This document shows positions 61,501 through 64,000 of a DNA stretch of 64,000 bases, piece by piece; positions within the stretch are counted from its first letter, which is position 1, and each line of letters opens with the position of its first letter. The translations under genes were made by a program, and so were the position numbers. The notes beneath the pieces are model-generated. The model ran no database searches. It saw only the letters and a list, made by a program, of their open reading frames with translations, and was not told where the DNA came from. The DNA lies in assembly GCA_002633005.1 (NCBI GenBank), contig NMRA01000334.1:62001-126000 (forward strand), given 5' to 3'. The stretch is from Phoronis australis (lineage: Eukaryota > Animalia > Phoronida).

Positions 61501-63426
61501 CCATCTGACAGGGCCTGGAATTTTCCTTTTGTTAAGTGGATTTCATCTTTTTTGGTTTTGATTTCCTCTTATTTGATTTCCAGTTTCCTCTTTATTTTGT
61601 ATATTTTTTATCATTATTTTGACTCCATTCATGCAAAAAGGTTTATTTCAGTTAGAAATATTTTTTGTGCTGTAAAATCTATCAAACAAGCCTATTTATT
61701 TTTGGAACGATACACCACCTCAAAAAATTTTCCACTTTTTTGTAATTGGTAATCTCAAGCCCTGATATGAAAATTTTTTGAAAAATTTGGGCTTTCGTGA
61801 CACTGTAAGGAGACCTTGAAAAAGGAAAAGAATAATATTATTTTGGAAATTATTTTTGTCAAAAATTAGTGAGAATTTACCGTAATCCTCGTATGTTATT
61901 TTTGAAGTGCTTCAAAATTGCCACGGTATCTATGGTATCTATTGTATCTTGTTTTGTTCCCTATAAACTGTGCTCGTGTAGAGTTGTTAATATAAACCGT
62001 GGATCTAAGATTTTGTCTTGGGAGACAAACATAGAAATGCTTGAAAACTTCCTCGACAGTCGGTAAAAGTAATCAAGCAGGGGGTCCGGACCTGCTTATT
62101 CGTAAAAATGTGATCATGGCCATGTTGCAAAATAAGTTGCGAGGTCTCCACCAGGTGACCTTACTGTTTCAGCCCCAGACAAATGGACAATGGTACCAAT
62201 CGTGGTCAAGATTTACAAGCTGCTGATCAACGAGCTGTCCAATCAACTAGAGAGTCAGAATGCTGGTGGCGGCGACGATGACGAGGAGGTAGGTCGCTTG
62301 TCATTTGGTGCTGGTATACAGTTGGGTTTGTTAATCCTTCACGAGCCATCGACCTCATTGGTCCGATTTCTTTTAAGTAGTATGAGCGTGGAAAAGTCTC
62401 GAGTTTTCCCGTGGATGGAATGATAGTTCATCGCAGATTACGCCTCAGGCATGGCCATTATTTATATGTGCAGATGAGTTGCCTGTATTGAGCTTGGCTG
62501 GTCAGTTTCCTGGATCAGGAGATGAGTTGCCTGTATTGAGCATGGCTAGTCAATTTCCTGGATCAGGAGATGAGTTGCCTGTATTGAGCATGGCTAGTCA
62601 ATTTCCTGGATCAGGAGATGAGTTGCCTGTATTGAGCTTGGCTAGTCAATTTCCTGGATCAGGAGATGAGTTGCCTGTATTGAGCGTGGCTAGTCAATTT
62701 CCTGGAACAGAATTGTGTCAGCCAAGAATAAAACCCATAACCTTTCAATTGAGAGCAATGCAATGCACTCGTAGCTGTTCTTCATAGGCACTGCTCTAGC
62801 AACAAGTATGCTACCATATGTTTTCATTATACGCATTCATAACAGGCACATATGCTGTCCTGTGAATCCTATATGTATTTCACTGGCCAGGGGTATTTTC
62901 TGAATATTTGTTGTTTTACTCGTAATATAAGCCTGTGGTCTTCTCGTCTTGGTAATTTGCATTGTGGCGTGAGCAAACTTCGAGGGTGCAACAATCTGAA
63001 CCACAAATGTCTGATGAAGTTTAGGGAAAACATGGTATGAGTGAACACCCTGAAAGACAATATGCAGCACTGCTATACTGTACCCAAACAGCTAACCTGT
63101 ATTTTATAATCTTAGACATTACTTACTAACACTTTGGTCATGACTGATAGGCCTTATATCCGAATTAACACAAGTATAAGGTTGCGGCCTTATATCCTAG
63201 GTCATTTGCATCAAGTGATCTCAAATAAAGGCATTAAAGCCATAGCCATATCTTCCAGGTAATACGTCAGTTATGGTTATGATTATAGCCTGTTGATATC
63301 ACATGGTGTGTCACGTGTCTCGACAGGTTGAGGAGGAGTGGGAAGATGCAGACGACCTGGACGAGGACGGGCGCACTGATGGCCAGACTCTCCAGGACCT
63401 ACTTATGTCTGGGGCCGGTAACTTGG
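40453..63426 (+). CDS. IPO9: Importin-9, 23 coding exons in window, 3' end beyond the window
   Basis: Exons join in frame. Diagnostic motifs: [100 protein letters not shown]. Confidence 0.97.
41128..41399. repeat. Tandem repeat, 3 x ~93 bp (middle copy 12 bp shorter)
   Basis: aaaaatgaattaagataccgatatggtaataacattggtct...gacaggactggatttccattaccaacaagaacat starting at 41128, 41221 and 41302. Confidence 0.92.
42328..42476 (+). CDS. IPO9: IPO9 exon 2
   Basis: [49 protein letters not shown]. Confidence 0.95.
43110..43311 (+). CDS. IPO9: IPO9 exon 3
   Basis: [10 protein letters not shown]...HWDWPEAWP...GAMRVLT. Confidence 0.96.
43768..43856 (+). CDS. IPO9: IPO9 exon 4
   Basis: [29 protein letters not shown]|gtaagt. 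Confidence 0.94.
44771..44857 (+). CDS. IPO9: IPO9 exon 5
   Basis: [29 protein letters not shown]. Confidence 0.93.
45021..45144 (+). CDS. IPO9: IPO9 exon 6
   Basis: GVAKQILFP...[16 protein letters not shown]. Confidence 0.94.
45491..45563 (-). mobile_element. tRNA-derived SINE head / tRNA pseudogene
   Basis: The minus strand reads GGGGCAGTGTGGCCTAGTGC (A box) ... GGTTCAAGTCC (B box). The anticodon arm is degenerate. Confidence 0.55.
45662..45824. mobile_element. Short MITE-like inverted-repeat element
   Basis: AGCCTG..CGTTCAG..ACGCTAGGACCT and its inverse AGGTCCTAGCGT..CTGAACG..CAGGCT. Confidence 0.6.
45955..46054 (+). CDS. IPO9: IPO9 exon 7
   Basis: [32 protein letters not shown]. Confidence 0.93.
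46401..47370. repeat. 348-bp near-identical duplication across a contig join (46401-46748 vs 47023-47370)
   Basis: 3 substitutions in 348 bp, with an N at 47022 between the copies. Confidence 0.9.
46749..47021 (+). mobile_element. Left part of a PIF/Harbinger-like MITE (same TIR family as 34414-34983)
   Basis: TAA|GGGCTGTTCCAGTAAAATCTGTGTGGGAGGGGGG, cut off by the contig end. Confidence 0.8.
47692..47750 (+). CDS. IPO9: IPO9 exon 8
   Basis: [19 protein letters not shown]. Confidence 0.93.
48987..49138 (+). CDS. IPO9: IPO9 exon 9
   Basis: [19 protein letters not shown]...YMQITEDQ. Confidence 0.96.
50349..50402. repeat. (AATATTTATA)n AT-rich palindromic microsatellite
   Basis: About 5 units of 10 bp. 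Confidence 0.85.
50569..50667 (+). CDS. IPO9: IPO9 exon 10
   Basis: [33 protein letters not shown]. Confidence 0.96.
51290..51396 (+). CDS. IPO9: IPO9 exon 11
   Basis: [35 protein letters not shown](W). Confidence 0.93.
51915..52054 (+). CDS. IPO9: IPO9 exon 12
   Basis: [15 protein letters not shown]...VVLEDLNKP. Confidence 0.94.
53391..53469 (+). CDS. IPO9: IPO9 exon 13
   Basis: [25 protein letters not shown]. Confidence 0.94.
54072..54300 (+). CDS. IPO9: IPO9 exon 14
   Basis: [29 protein letters not shown]...LETLVVVLS. Confidence 0.95.
55404..55482 (+). CDS. IPO9: IPO9 exon 15
   Basis: [26 protein letters not shown]. Confidence 0.92.
56248..56396 (+). CDS. IPO9: IPO9 exon 16
   Basis: (D)[14 protein letters not shown]...[23 protein letters not shown]. 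Confidence 0.95.
56800..57335 (+). repeat. Three partial copies of the IPO9 exon-17 acceptor/5' region
   Basis: Copies at about 56805-56868 (diverged, acceptor lost), 56941-57018 and 57241-57320 of tcttctag-ACTGCCCTYGACATCCTGGAGACCCTCGTCC...GTCAGATGCCCTCATACA. Confidence 0.9.
57336..57461 (+). CDS. IPO9: IPO9 exon 17
   Basis: [42 protein letters not shown]|gtaaca. Confidence 0.93.
58540..58612 (+). CDS. IPO9: IPO9 exon 18
   Basis: [24 protein letters not shown]. Confidence 0.94.
58853..59055 (+). CDS. IPO9: IPO9 exon 19
   Basis: [21 protein letters not shown]...AETLSVIQ. Confidence 0.95.
60109..60275 (+). CDS. IPO9: IPO9 exon 20
   Basis: [11 protein letters not shown]...[16 protein letters not shown]. 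Confidence 0.95.
61084..61217 (+). CDS. IPO9: IPO9 exon 21
   Basis: [19 protein letters not shown]...[10 protein letters not shown]. Confidence 0.94.
61509..61764 (-). mobile_element. MITE (256 bp) with CAGGGC termini
   Basis: CAGGGCCTGGAA ... TCTCAAGCCCTG, flanked by ATCTGA / ATATGA (possible 6-bp TSD with one mismatch). Homologue at 31261. Confidence 0.7.
62173..62288 (+). CDS. IPO9: IPO9 exon 22
   Basis: [38 protein letters not shown]. Confidence 0.94.
62472..62706. repeat. Minisatellite, ~4.9 x 48 bp
   Basis: Near-identical agatgagttgcctgtattgagcNtggctagtcaatttcctggatcagg units. Confidence 0.95.
63327..63426 (+). CDS. IPO9: IPO9 exon 23 (acidic region)
   Basis: gacag|[34 protein letters not shown]|gtaagg. 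An alternative donor lies 9 nt upstream. Confidence 0.85.
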
Positions 63427-64000
63427 GTAAGGACATCTGCGCGGTGCAGTCGAATGGTGTACCTAGTTCATAACATTCTCTTTGTCATAACGTTCCATTG
63501 TATGAGAATCGCGACAATTTCACTAGCACTGTACACTACATGCGTAATCACTAAACGAAGTGGCATAATATTCCCCGTCTTGCTGGCTATAAACAACACC
63601 TATACTGCAGTGACCGACAATGACCTTTTTTCACATTTTTGATTCTGGACCGTTTATGCCTTTTCTAAATTTCTATTGGACTCTTTTTCAGTCGCGGCGG
63701 AAGGCTATCTTGATGTTGAATTTTACTTGTACCCTGTGTTGGCATTGGTCACCCTTTCTGAACAGTTTTGGTGTATGCACTGTATATGATTGATTTTGCG
63801 TCGTTCAATTTTGATTGCTCTTCCGGTGTAAAAATTGTACTGGGAAAGCTGTAATGTGGTTGAGCTGAACAGGAGTTTGTTTCTAGAAGAGTTTGTAGTA
63901 AAAGTTGACTATTTAACTTTTTAGCTTTGACTTTTTGTCTGCTTCCTAGCAGGCTGCAGATTTCCGTTTTTGGCATTGATTTGTTGACAAATTACCTGAT

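Overview
This is eukaryotic, intron-rich, AT-rich genomic DNA. It looks like a marine invertebrate draft scaffold, with single-N contig joins at 11069, 12632, 47022 and 57231 and an N-gap at 18244-18588. Three conserved housekeeping genes can be rebuilt exon by exon with GT-AG junctions and consistent phases: BRK1 (+, 3 exons, 79 aa), RPN1/ribophorin I (-, 10 exons, 604 aa) and IPO9/importin-9 (+, at least 23 exons, running off the right edge). RPN1 and IPO9 are head-to-head, with 335 bp between their ATGs. The left 18 kb is repeat-rich. It holds a decayed Ty3/Gypsy LTR retrotransposon (tRNA-Leu-type PBS, 123-bp repeats with unusual CGCCA...TGGCG ends), a HIRAN-domain relic and MITEs. The most notable signal not shown by the ORF track is a family of three paralogous box C/D snoRNA candidates in RPN1 introns 3, 4 and 8. 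Their conserved D' guides all point to the same uridine of a conserved 28S rRNA segment. Also notable are serial partial duplications of IPO9 exon 17 (one a possible in-frame 72-nt cassette), a hAT-like element with a 5-bp TSD, and a filled/empty MITE site pair captured side by side.
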